Source: Terriglobia bacterium | GTDB lineage: Bacteria; Acidobacteriota; Terriglobia; JAJPHL01; JAPKYU01 | DNA length: 64,000 nucleotides | Direction of reading: 5' to 3' | Assembly (NCBI GenBank): GCA_965206645.1 | Contig: CBDBKE010000003.1 | Span: 204,425 to 268,424 of the forward strand | Notes under the pieces: model-generated | The model's database searches: none | Told to the model about the DNA's origin: nothing | What the model saw: the letters and a program-made list of their open reading frames with translations, nothing else | Shown: positions 10,145-19,575 of the stretch, in pieces | Layout: every line of letters starts with the position of its first letter | Numbering within the stretch: the stretch's first letter is position 1 | Translations under genes and position numbers: made by a program

Positions 10145-10278
10145 CGGGCTGCTGTTTAGGTTGTACTCATCTTGAAGTCGCACAGGGGTGAGGGGCTACA
10201 AGCAGCTTTGTGGCTCTTTTCTTTTTGGCGGTTGGGGATGGCCTGGCAGCGCAAAACTTTAGATCAGGAGTTGAAGTA

Positions 10279-10482
10279 GTGAAAGAGAAAGGTATCGTCA
10301 AGTGGTTTAACGCTTCGAAAGGCTACGGTTTTATCCAGCGTTCGTCAGGGGAGGACGTCTTCGTCCATTACACGGCCATTCAAAACGAAGGCTATCGGAC
10401 CCTGGACGAAGGCGCTGAGGTGGAGTTCGAGGTGACCCGCGGCCCCAAGGGCTGGCAGGCTGTACAGGTGACCCAACTTTAA
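10279..10482 (+). CDS. cold-shock protein (CspA family)
   Basis: GTG start 9 nt after AGGAG. It has KGIVKWFNASKGYGFI and VFVHY RNA-binding motifs. Confidence 0.9.
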   Translation: MKEKGIVKWFNASKGYGFIQRSSGEDVFVHYTAIQNEGYRTLDEGAEVEFEVTRGPKGWQAVQVTQL

Positions 10483-10515
10483 CCAATCGCCAACAAAACC
10501 CGGCTTGAGTCTGGT

Positions 10516-10551
10516 GCGGGCCCCGAGGCTTTCGGGGCCCGCAATTTTTTT
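10516..10551 (+). terminator. rho-independent terminator after the cold-shock gene
   Basis: Perfect 11-bp stem GCGGGCCCCGA / TCGGGGCCCGC with a 5-nt loop, followed by AATTTTTTT. Confidence 0.8.
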
Positions 10552-10768
10552 GGTGCCCGCCCGGGCGTACCGCCGATCTCGCTCGCCGTGCAGCTTTCGT
10601 TCGCGGGTCCCTGTATAGGCAAAATCCAACCGTTCGTGTATAACAGCCCCATGACAAAGCCCCTGACAAAGAATGCCAAGCAAGCGCGGCGCTTCTCTGG
10701 AAGGCGCAAGGGCCAGGGTGGCTGGTGCCGCCGAAAGCCCCACCAAAAGCCAAAGAAGGGAGGCTGTT

Positions 10769-12229
10769 TTGCCTGCCAGTGAGGTTCGCGTTGAGACCGA
10801 TACCATGGGTCCGGTGCGGGTGCCCGCCGAGGCACACTACGGCGCGCAAACCCAGCGCGCGGTGGAGAACTTCCCCATCTCCGGTATCCGCTTTCCTCGC
10901 CGCTTCATCCGCGCCCTGGGACTGATCAAAGGCGCGGCCGCCCGGGTGAACAAAGATCTGGGCTTACTGGAGCCGCAGTACGCGGACGCTATCCTCCAGG
11001 CGGCGCAGGAGGTGACCGAGGGCAAGTGGGACGACGAGTTTGTCCTGGATATATTCCAGACAGGCTCAGGGACCTCGACCAATATGAATGCCAACGAGGT
11101 GATCTCCAGCCGGGCCAACGAGTTGCTAGGAGGCAAGAAAGGCGATCGCAAGCCAGTGCGGCCCAACGACGAGGTCAACAAGTGCCAGTCGTCGAACGAC
11201 GTCATCCCTACGGCCATCCACCTGGCCGTGCTGGAGGCGCTCGAGCACGACCTGCGGCCGGCTCTGGAGGTGCTGGCCACTGGGTTGGAAGCAAAGGCAG
11301 CCGAGTTCAAGGACGTGCTTAAGACAGGCCGGACGCACCTACAGGACGCGGTGCCCATCACGTTGGGGCAGGAGTTTTCCGGCTACGCGTCGCAGGTGCG
11401 GCACGCCATGGCGCGAGTCCGAGCGGCGATGCGGCACCTGGAAGAAGTGCCCATCGGCGGCACGGCATTGGGCACCGGGCTGAATGCGCCGGTCGATTTC
11501 GGCAACCGGATGTGCGTGCTGCTGGCCACCACCACCGGCATCCCGCTGCGGGAAGCGGAGAACACGTTTGAAGCCATGGGTTCCCGGGATGCGCTGGTAG
11601 AAACATCCGGCGCGCTGAAGGTGGTAGCGGTAAGCCTTATCAAGATCGCTTCTGACATCCGGCTGCTTTCCTGCGGGCCACGTACCGGCATTGCCGAGAT
11701 CGCCATCCCCGAGCTGCAGCCGGGCAGCTCCATCATGCCGGGCAAGGTCAACCCAGTGATCCCGGAAATGCTGATCCAGGTAGGGGCGCAGGTGATCGGC
11801 AATGACGCGTCGGTGACTCTGGGCGGAGTTTTTGGCCAGTTGGACCTGAACGTGATGATGCCGCTGATGAGCCGCAACCTGCTGGAATCGATCCTCTTGC
11901 TGAGCAATGGCGCGCGTGTCTTCAACGAGCGCTGCGTGTCAGCCGGTCCCGAGATGCGGGACAATCCGGACAACGTGAAGGGTATTGTGGCCAATCGCGA
12001 GCGCTGCCGCACCCTGGTGAAAAACAGCCTGATGCCGGTGACCGCGCTGGTGCCGCGGCTCGGCCACGAGGAAGCCGCCAACATCGCGCAAGAAGCGCAC
12101 AAAACCGGCAAGACCGTGCGCGAAGTTGTCCTGGAGAAAAAGCTCATCCCGGAGCAGGAACTGGACGCCCTGCTGGATCTGACCGCTATGACCCAATCGG
12201 GCATCCGCAAAGGCGCCGGCGGCGGCTGA
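10769..12229 (+). CDS. class II fumarate hydratase / aspartate ammonia-lyase family enzyme
   Basis: It contains the GSSIMPGKVNP signature, QTGSGTSTNMN and KCQSSNDV. The likely start is TTG 10769, 6 nt after AAGGGAGG. The annotated ORF extends further upstream. Confidence 0.8.
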   Translation: MPASEVRVETDTMGPVRVPAEAHYGAQTQRAVENFPISGIRFPRRFIRALGLIKGAAARVNKDLGLLEPQYADAILQAAQEVTEGKWDDEFVLDIFQTGSGTSTNMNANEVISSRANELLGGKKGDRKPVRPNDEVNKCQSSNDVIPTAIHLAVLEALEHDLRPALEVLATGLEAKAAEFKDVLKTGRTHLQDAVPITLGQEFSGYASQVRHAMARVRAAMRHLEEVPIGGTALGTGLNAPVDFGNRMCVLLATTTGIPLREAENTFEAMGSRDALVETSGALKVVAVSLIKIASDIRLLSCGPRTGIAEIAIPELQPGSSIMPGKVNPVIPEMLIQVGAQVIGNDASVTLGGVFGQLDLNVMMPLMSRNLLESILLLSNGARVFNERCVSAGPEMRDNPDNVKGIVANRERCRTLVKNSLMPVTALVPRLGHEEAANIAQEAHKTGKTVREVVLEKKLIPEQELDALLDLTAMTQSGIRKGAGGG

Positions 12230-12236
12230 CCTTCCC

Positions 12237-13762
12237 ATGCTGGTCAAGACGCGCAGCGCTGCGGTCTTCGGCATTGACGCCTACCTGGTGGACGTGGAAG
12301 TGGACCTGTCCAACCGGGGCATGCACGATTTCCTGGTGGTAGGCCTGCCGGACGCAGCGATCAAGGAAAGCCACCATCGCGTCCGTGGTGCGCTGAAAAA
12401 CTGCGGTTACTACTTCGGCCAGAGCGTCACCGTCAACCTCGCCCCAGCCGACAAGAGGAAGGAAGGCTCCGGCTTTGATCTTCCCATGGCCATGGGAATT
12501 CTCGGGGCTTTAGAGGTGGTTTCCTCTGAGCGGCTGGCCGAGTTCCTGTTCCTCGGCGAGCTATCGCTGGACGGCTCGGTGCGCCCTATCCGCGGCACGC
12601 TGCCGGTGGCCGTGCTGGCTCGGGCATCCGGCACCTCGTGGTTCCATCTGCCAACGCGCGCGAGGCGGCGGTCGTCGAGAGGGTCTGTGTCTTTGCGGTG
12701 AACTCGCTGGGCGAGGCGCTGGCCCTGGTGAACGATGCGTCCGGTTTCACCGCGACCCAGGTGGACCGCCAGCAGGCCTTGGAGCAAAGCAGCGTTTATA
12801 ACGTGGACTTCAGCGAAGTGCGCGGGCAGAAGGCTACCAAACGCGCTCTGGAAGTGGCCGCCGCCGGCGCCCACAACATCCTGATGATTGGGCCGCCGGG
12901 TTCGGGCAAGACGATGCTGGCCCGGCGCCTGCCCACCGTCCTGCCCGGGCTGAGCTTTGACGAGGCCATCCAGACTACCAAGATTCACAGCGTGGCTGGA
13001 GTGCTAGACCCGGCACAGGGCCTGCTGTGCACGCGACCCTTCCGCTCACCGCACCACACCATCTCGGACGCCGGCCTGGTAGGCGGCGGGACCATTCCTC
13101 ATCCTGGCGAGGTGAGCCTGGCGCACAACGGGGTGCTGTTTCTGGACGAGTTGCCGGAATTCCGGCGCAATGCGCTGGAGGTGATGCGCCAGCCTTTGGA
13201 GGATGGCGCGGTGACCATCGCCCGGGCCACCATGACCGTGACCTTCCCCTCCTCCTTCATGCTCGCCGCCGCCATGAACCCTTGCCCCTGTGGTTTCTTC
13301 AACGATTCTACCCGCGAGTGCCACTGCACTCCGGGCGTGATCCAGCGTTACGTTTCAAAGATTTCCGGCCCGCTGCTGGACCGCATTGACATCCACACTG
13401 ACGTCCCGGCAGTGAAGTACCGCGAGTTGCGCTCTGAGCAGAGCGCGGAAGACTCGGCGGCGATTCGCGCCCGGGTGGAACGCGCCCGCGCCGCGCAACT
13501 GGAGCGCTTCCGCAACGACGGCATCTACGCCAATGCCCAGATGAGCGCCCGGCTCATGCGCTGCCATTGCCCGATTGACGAGGCTTCCGAGAAGCTGCTG
13601 GAGACGGCCATTAGCCGCATGGGGCTTTCCGCCCGCGCCCATGACCGCATCCTGAAGGTGGCCCGCACCATTGCCGACCTGGAAGGCTCTTCCGCGATCC
13701 AGTCCCGCCACATCGGTGAAGCCGTTCAATACCGCTCGCTCGACCGCACCTATTGGGCCTAG
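12237..13762 (+). CDS. comM: YifB/ComM-family Mg-chelatase-like AAA+ ATPase, interrupted by an apparent frameshift near 12600-12640
   Basis: The N-terminal Lon-like domain (ORF 12237-12701) and the AAA+ domain with Walker A GPPGSGKT (ORF 12638-13762) lie in different frames. The conserved [12 protein letters not shown] segment is only in the second frame. Confidence 0.75.
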
Positions 13763-13812
13763 TTTGGAACGGCCCTCCCGAATTAGTTCTGGTCGTCCTG
13801 GAATTTGATATG

Positions 13813-14427
13813 CTAGTGCGTGCCGTCACAGAAAGGTTTGTTCTTGGATCCTCCGCATCGGCAGAGGGGGTACTGCTCCTCCGAGGCTCCCTCACCACGG
13901 ATCACACCTGCGAGTTCAGGTCCGCCGGTGACAACGTAGGGGCCGTTCTTGGCGACGGTGATTGCTGGCTCACGGGCCTGGTCCCGGTGTTCGACTCCTT
14001 CAAGGGAGTAACTAAGAGCCCCTGACGGACATTTCTTTATCGTCTTGACGATCTCTTCCGAAGTCGCGCCATCCGCGTCAATCCACGGTTCTTTTCCGTA
14101 CAGGAAAACTTTTGGCAACCCCTCCGTGCAGAGCCCGGCATGCGAGCAAATTCCCCGGTTGTCGTGGATGGTGATTTCGGCTCCGACGTAGTTGTCTCGC
14201 TTGTCTTCAGCCGTGCCTTCGAGCTTGCCGTCGGAAAAGCCGATCTTGGCATGGGTCCCGTCGCAGAACGGTTTTTTCGCCGAACCTCCACAGCGGCAGA
14301 GCGCGAATACTGGCTTGGTTTGGATCTGCTCGCCGCTAGAGTTGCGAAGCTTCTCAAGGCTGTTCACGACGTAGGGTCCGTTTGGAGCGGTCGTGATTTT
14401 AGATTTCGTTTGTTCACCCGAATCCAT
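13813..14427 (-). CDS. CDGSH iron-sulfur domain protein with two CDGSH motifs and a central 4Fe-4S mono-cluster-like segment
   Basis: Two copies of CRCGGS(A/K)(K/N)KPFCDGTH plus a Cys-rich middle region. Confidence 0.8.
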   Translation of the reverse strand: MDSGEQTKSKITTAPNGPYVVNSLEKLRNSSGEQIQTKPVFALCRCGGSAKKPFCDGTHAKIGFSDGKLEGTAEDKRDNYVGAEITIHDNRGICSHAGLCTEGLPKVFLYGKEPWIDADGATSEEIVKTIKKCPSGALSYSLEGVEHRDQAREPAITVAKNGPYVVTGGPELAGVIRGEGASEEQYPLCRCGGSKNKPFCDGTH

Positions 14428-14440
14428 AGCGCTTCTCCTT

Positions 14441-14468
14441 AGTCTGTCAACCTAAGTCTGTCAACCTA
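14441..14468. repeat. tandem 14-bp direct repeat AGTCTGTCAACCTA x2 in the CDGSH gene 5' region
   Basis: On the coding strand it reads TAGGTTGACAGACT TAGGTTGACAGACT AAGGAG..ATG. Each unit contains TTGACA. Confidence 0.7.
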
Positions 14469-14558
14469 GACGAGCGGCTGCAGGCGCTAGACAGAGCCCA
14501 CTATTATCCAATGACAGAGGTTGGAAAGACACCCCGGGATCCAAAATGAGTCCGACTC

Positions 14559-15599
14559 TCAGAACGCGATGCCAAGCCCGGCGACCAAGCCGTAATCGTT
14601 GCGCCGCACCTGGAGCGGCGGCTGGCTGTCGTAGTGGTTGAACAGGCTGAGGTTCCAGCTCAGGCGGCTCACCAGAGGAATGCGCACTCCGCTGTCCAGT
14701 GTGACCCGGTAGCGGCCGGACTGGACGAAATTGGGCAACACCGAGAGCTTGGTGTCGAGCTTGAGCCCGCTCGCGATCGTGGTCTCCCAGTCGAGAGCGG
14801 CCAGGCCTTCGCCGCTGGGATTGCGGGGAATCGGATCACCCGGCTGCAGGCGAAACTGCTCGTTGACGAAGGTTAATCCCCCGAGAAGCGACAGGGTCGT
14901 TCGGCCCGAGCGGATGATTTTCCATCCCAATCCCCCGCCGAGATTGCTCCGCAGGTTCAGGCGCCTGCGGTCATCGCGCTCGAAACGCGAGAGGCCGAAG
15001 GCGAATGTATCGTCGCTGAGAAACCGGTCGTAGCGAAGGCTGGCCTGCTGGCGGCTGTTGGTGGGAGCGCCCGACTGGCTACTGAAGAGAGAGGAGGCGT
15101 TGGCCTGCACTTCATATTTTGGCTTACGGTACCGGGTGCTGATCCTGAGCGAGGACTGGCTGTTATTGGAATTCCCTCGCGCGATGCTGTAGCCGAGGTC
15201 GACGGTGCCCTGGACCTGGTCCCAGAAGGTTTCCGGACGCGCCTCTTTAGCCGGCTTCATGCCGACAATCGCCTGCCGCGCCACCGTGACGGCTTTCTCT
15301 GCAGAAACGATCCGCAGCCCCTGGTCGGATTCCTCAATGCGCCCGCGCACCCGCACCCCGCTGTCCAGCTCCACTTCCACAGGCTGGTCGGTCGAAATGT
15401 GCTCGATCATTCTCCAATCAATCTTCACAACGCCGGCATAGCTGGTTTCCAGTGAGAGGCTGCGCTGTTCCAGCTTTTGAATCTGCCCGCTGAGACGGTC
15501 TGCATTTTTCAGCTTGACCGAGTCCGCCCGGCACGCCACGCCGACTGCCAGGATCAGGCCGAAAACGAAAACAGCCATGCGGCTCTTGTGGAGGTTCAT
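14559..15599 (-). CDS. DUF481-family outer-membrane beta-barrel protein
   Basis: Signal peptide and a terminal aromatic residue (GLGIAF). Its start overlaps the upstream methyltransferase gene by 4 nt. Confidence 0.7.
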   Translation of the reverse strand: MNLHKSRMAVFVFGLILAVGVACRADSVKLKNADRLSGQIQKLEQRSLSLETSYAGVVKIDWRMIEHISTDQPVEVELDSGVRVRGRIEESDQGLRIVSAEKAVTVARQAIVGMKPAKEARPETFWDQVQGTVDLGYSIARGNSNNSQSSLRISTRYRKPKYEVQANASSLFSSQSGAPTNSRQQASLRYDRFLSDDTFAFGLSRFERDDRRRLNLRSNLGGGLGWKIIRSGRTTLSLLGGLTFVNEQFRLQPGDPIPRNPSGEGLAALDWETTIASGLKLDTKLSVLPNFVQSGRYRVTLDSGVRIPLVSRLSWNLSLFNHYDSQPPLQVRRNDYGLVAGLGIAF

Positions 15600-16243
15600 G
15601 AGGAATCAGTCATTTCCTTTCTTGACTCAGAGGAGTGATAGGCGATGAGTGTCTCCGGAAAGAAGGTCACCCGGCAGCCAATGACGCGGCCCTTGGGAAA
15701 CAGCCGGCGCAGATCGCGCTGACTGAGTGACCGCAAGCTCGGATACGGCTCTTTCCCCAGCGTCCGAACGAGAGGCCGCTGCCAAGGTTCAGGCGCAAAC
15801 TGGATGAAGGGCAAGTGGTAATGAGGCTCGATCGGATACCAGAAGTTGGGAGTGGTCACGAACCAGCTTCGTCCCACCCGAGACACTTCGCTGGCAAAGC
15901 GCTGCTGCTCTTCCCACGTCGGCAAATGTTCCAACACGGCGTTGCAATAGACGATGTCAAACGACTGATCGGCAAAGGGCAGCGCGCACCCATCTAATGC
16001 CACCGCCTTTACAGTGGGAAAACTCCCGGCATAATCCTGAATGTCGGCGAGAGAGAGGCTTCCGCCGATGACACGCTCGCAATGGGGATAGAAAGTTTCA
16101 AGCTGATCGGGCAAGCCAATCTGACTTCCAGTGGCACCAATGTTGAGGACCCGGCTTTCCGGTGTGGGGCGCAGCAACTGCCGGAATAGCTGATACTTTT
16201 TCTCGCGCGATTTGCGGTGAAGACGGGTGAAGAGTCGATTCAT
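15596..16243 (-). CDS. class I SAM-dependent methyltransferase
   Basis: Motif I LNIGATGSQ with a Methyltransf_11-like core. Translationally coupled to the DUF481 gene. Confidence 0.8.
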   Translation of the reverse strand: MNRLFTRLHRKSREKKYQLFRQLLRPTPESRVLNIGATGSQIGLPDQLETFYPHCERVIGGSLSLADIQDYAGSFPTVKAVALDGCALPFADQSFDIVYCNAVLEHLPTWEEQQRFASEVSRVGRSWFVTTPNFWYPIEPHYHLPFIQFAPEPWQRPLVRTLGKEPYPSLRSLSQRDLRRLFPKGRVIGCRVTFFPETLIAYHSSESRKEMTDSS

Positions 16244-16532
16244 GTTAGACCGCCAAGGAACGCGAAAGAGGCGCCTTCCACCCCTACTCTATATGTATGC
16301 CATGCGTCGCCAGTCGAAAGCTAGGAGGCTGCTCAAAAACTCCTCCACAGGCTGAAGCCTGTGGAAGCCTTCTTGGGTCCCTGAAAACGGTTTTTCAGCA
16401 GCCTGCTAGGATCTGCTGCCGACCACTACCGTCGGCGGCCTCAGATGCCATTCTTGGGCTGGGGCGTTGCCGACTGCTGCCTTCAGGAACGCCAGCAACG
16501 GTGTTCAAACGGTATATAATCCGAACAAGGCA

Positions 16533-17375
16533 ATGGGACGGGACCGACTGGCCGCGCGGAGGGTTTTCCTACTGTCCACCCTGCTGGTAGCGGTCGCATT
16601 TGGGGTAGCGGCTGCGGCGACGACGGAGACGCTGGCGCCTGTTGTTCAGGTCGCCGTGAACTATGCGCCCGGCAAGAGCACGATGATCAGCGGCTTTCTG
16701 GTCGGTGGCGGCCGCTTCGTCCTTACCCAAGCGAGCATCCTGCATGGGGCCTACGACACCGCCGTGGCCTTCACGAATACGGACGTCTTGGACCCGGTTC
16801 TGGAGCGCTTCGACGGCCGGTTGAATATCGCCGTGCTCCGGCTACCCAGGCCGGTGAGAGCCGAGTTCGCAGCAGTGGCCGAGCTACCGTCCGGCGGACT
16901 CCGGGCTACCATCGTTGGTGCGCCGACCGCCTTTGAGACCGGCAAGCTCTCAGTGTTTCTGAAGCCGTTGGCCGGCGGCCGGCGCTGGGAGATCGTGCCA
17001 GCCATTCCGCTCGCCTTCCGGGGCGCACCCATTCTGGATTCCGCAGGCAGGCTGTTGGGCATCGCCGTTGAGGAACCCGAGGGCACTTCTGTGGTGGAAA
17101 TTCCGGTAGCGGAACTTAGGGACTTGGTTCCTGATTTGGCGGTGTGGCGGTCGAGTGCGCCGGTGGCGGCGCCGGCGCAGCCACCGGCTCGGGCTTCGCA
17201 ATCCGCGGCAGTGCCGCCAGCCTCGGCGAGTAGCGCGGCAAGGCCGGCCGCGGAGCCAAAGGTGGAAGGAGAGCCCGCGCCGCCTAAAACAGCCCTGGAA
17301 CCAATCGAGGGGCCACCGGCCGGGGTTTCCGCTCCGGTTCCGGCAGCAAAGGTCGAAGTGCAGCCTCCTCCCTAA
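16533..17375 (+). CDS. secreted trypsin-like (HtrA-like) domain protein, probably non-catalytic, with a Pro/Ala-rich tail
   Basis: Signal peptide starts at MGRDRLAARRVFLL. GAPILDSAGRLLGIA resembles the HtrA GNSGGPL region, but the Ser is replaced. It ends in a TAA that is in frame with the next ORF. Confidence 0.5.
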   Translation: MGRDRLAARRVFLLSTLLVAVAFGVAAAATTETLAPVVQVAVNYAPGKSTMISGFLVGGGRFVLTQASILHGAYDTAVAFTNTDVLDPVLERFDGRLNIAVLRLPRPVRAEFAAVAELPSGGLRATIVGAPTAFETGKLSVFLKPLAGGRRWEIVPAIPLAFRGAPILDSAGRLLGIAVEEPEGTSVVEIPVAELRDLVPDLAVWRSSAPVAAPAQPPARASQSAAVPPASASSAARPAAEPKVEGEPAPPKTALEPIEGPPAGVSAPVPAAKVEVQPPP

Positions 17376-17387
17376 CCTGCACCCACT

Positions 17388-17882
17388 GTGGTCGGCAGGC
17401 TACTTGCCGAGGAGGTGGAAGCCGAGGACGGGAAGGCCCGCAAGTCAGCAGCCGGGTTGGAGACGGCAACGCCCGGGCGCTCGTCAGCAAAGCAAGCCTC
17501 CTCTCCCCTGCCCACCGCCGCCGACCCGGGTGGCTGGGAAGTCCGCATCCGCCAGGATCCTGATGACCTCCAGGAGCGCCTCCGCTACGCGGATGCGCTC
17601 CTGGGTGCCGGAGATTATCGACAGCCGGTGGCGGTTCTGGAGAAAGCACAGCAACGGTTTCCCTTGGTGCCGCGTGTGTACTGGTACCTGGCTCACGCCT
17701 ACTGGCACCAGTCCTTACACAAGCCAGACGGCGGCCGCCGGCGCTCCATGGAAAAGAAGGCATACCGCAAGAGTTTGGCCGCGTTTGAAACTTTCCTGGC
17801 GCTGGCTCCGGACGATCCCCGCGCTCCGGAAGCTCGCTACCGCCTGAACCTGCTCAAGCAGGCGCAGTACGGGCGGCGGTAG
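17388..17882 (+). CDS. TPR-like segment, possibly the C-terminal continuation of the preceding gene
   Basis: It is in the same frame as 16533-17375, separated by a single TAA. The Pro/Ala-rich linker continues across the stop. Confidence 0.4.
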   Translation: MVGRLLAEEVEAEDGKARKSAAGLETATPGRSSAKQASSPLPTAADPGGWEVRIRQDPDDLQERLRYADALLGAGDYRQPVAVLEKAQQRFPLVPRVYWYLAHAYWHQSLHKPDGGRRRSMEKKAYRKSLAAFETFLALAPDDPRAPEARYRLNLLKQAQYGRR

Positions 17883-18034
17883 CGCTGCCCGTCTAGACAT
17901 ATTAAGTGGTCAGGCCGACTAACTCAGAGGAGGATTTCCGATTGTGCCTCTCCTCCTACCACCAGGATACCCCTCCTGCTTTCAGGTATGACGATTCTGG
18001 TTTTCGTTTCTCATCTTGCACTCTGAACCGATCC

Positions 18035-19051
18035 TCAGTTGCGGAGGACCACCTGAAGAGATTGGCGCCAGGTGTGGTTGAGGCCGATGCGCCGCACCGG
18101 AATTTCCGGCGACAGGTAGCGCAGCAGCAAGTCGGTCAGGGAGTGAAATTCAAACACCGGCGCCACCAACCACAACAGGGGTGGCTCGGCGCGCAATTCG
18201 ACGCCAGAGAAATAGCCCAGGCTGCGAAACTCGCCGCGTTCCTGGTGCCACTTGACACGCATCCAATAATCGAGAGCCTGAAGGGGCAGGTTGGGGTCGG
18301 CGGAGGCTTTCAGCTCAATCACCACCAAGCGGCCCGTCCGTGTGAGGGCCAGCAGGTCAATGATGCCACGCTGCCGCCCCGCCACCGCCGGCACCTGGGA
18401 GTATACGAAGCGCGGGTCGAGATCGCTCGAAAGCACGCCGATGTCGCGGACTAGCAGCGATTCCAACCACCGCTCCGCCTGCGCCGTGTAAAAAGGATGG
18501 CGGCGGTTGGCGGAATCGGCCACGCGAATCCGCCCGATGTCCTGGGCCAAGCGCTCGGCCTGGGGCAACGATTCCGAAACAAGTGGCTGCCAGTGACTAC
18601 CGCGGCCGAACATCGCGCCATCGGGTCCGGCGCGGGCAAATTCCAGGCCGTTGATACGGCAGGTGAGGCCGGCGCCGGGCCGCACCGCCATCTCCACTCC
18701 CGATCTTCCGCCCAGTCGCCGCAAGAGTCCCAGCGCTTCCGCGGGTGCCGTTGCCGCGGGGCAGGGCATGGGCAGTTCGGTACGCAGATTGGCGTACTCA
18801 CCCTCTTCGGCGCGACGGACGGTATCTTCGGGCGAGAAAGCGAACAGCTCGAATCCAGCTAATTCTTGGTTGAGATAGCGCCAGCGGAGCGCTGTCCTCT
18901 CGACAAAGCGCTCTGGCAGGAAAAGCTTTAATCCGGCCACCAAGCGCTTTGACCGCGCCGCGCTGTGCCGCAGAGAGTCCAGCCAGGCCAGCCCTTGGGT
19001 GAGCGCGGAGGCTGCCGTGGCTTCGCCCTCCTCCTCCGCGCAGCCGACCAC
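18035..19051 (-). CDS. hypothetical protein with C-terminal NucS-like PD-(D/E)xK nuclease-fold domain
   Basis: The C-terminal ERWLESLL...GIIDLLALTRTGRLVVIELK...QALDYW matches the E...D...ExK pattern of NucS/DUF1016-type nucleases. Confidence 0.55.
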   Translation of the reverse strand: MVGCAEEEGEATAASALTQGLAWLDSLRHSAARSKRLVAGLKLFLPERFVERTALRWRYLNQELAGFELFAFSPEDTVRRAEEGEYANLRTELPMPCPAATAPAEALGLLRRLGGRSGVEMAVRPGAGLTCRINGLEFARAGPDGAMFGRGSHWQPLVSESLPQAERLAQDIGRIRVADSANRRHPFYTAQAERWLESLLVRDIGVLSSDLDPRFVYSQVPAVAGRQRGIIDLLALTRTGRLVVIELKASADPNLPLQALDYWMRVKWHQERGEFRSLGYFSGVELRAEPPLLWLVAPVFEFHSLTDLLLRYLSPEIPVRRIGLNHTWRQSLQVVLRN

Positions 19052-19135
19052 CGCCCAGTCGCTTTTGCCGCGCGAGAGGACGGCTCGTGCCGTCTGCGAA
19101 GAAAGGGAGCGCTCCAGGTCTCGCTCCGCGGTCAG

Positions 19136-19528
19136 TTATTTCAGCTTCCAGCCGGGGAAGGTGTGCGCCAGCAGCTTGCGCAAGCGCGCGGCGAAGCGGC
19201 TGCGCACCGCCTCCCGCTCGAGTTCCGTCACGCCCTTGGCGGAGGCCAGCAGTCGCACCAGTCCCCGCCCGGCGCCGAAGCGCTGGTAGGCCAACACCAG
19301 TTCCCCAGGTTTTTGACGCCGGACCTCCAGGATGCGGCGAACGATGCTGCGCGACTCATCCCAAACCTCGAGCAACACTTTGCCGTGCTGCGCCTCCACA
19401 CTGAAGCGGCCCGGCTCCAGTGGCATTGTCTCGCCGCCCACTTCCTTCAGCACTGGACGCTGATTCTTGCACCCGGTGACAAAGGAGAGGATGCGATCGC
19501 GGAGTTCTTCGGAGGAGACGGCGGACAT
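19136..19528 (-). CDS. hypothetical protein (130 aa), upstream partner of the nuclease-like gene
   Basis: Same strand, 85-nt gap. I recognise no family. Confidence 0.45.
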   Translation of the reverse strand: MSAVSSEELRDRILSFVTGCKNQRPVLKEVGGETMPLEPGRFSVEAQHGKVLLEVWDESRSIVRRILEVRRQKPGELVLAYQRFGAGRGLVRLLASAKGVTELEREAVRSRFAARLRKLLAHTFPGWKLK

Positions 19529-19575
19529 GAGTTTGAGGCTGAGAGGAGAATTATGAGTTCATGACGGATGACTCT

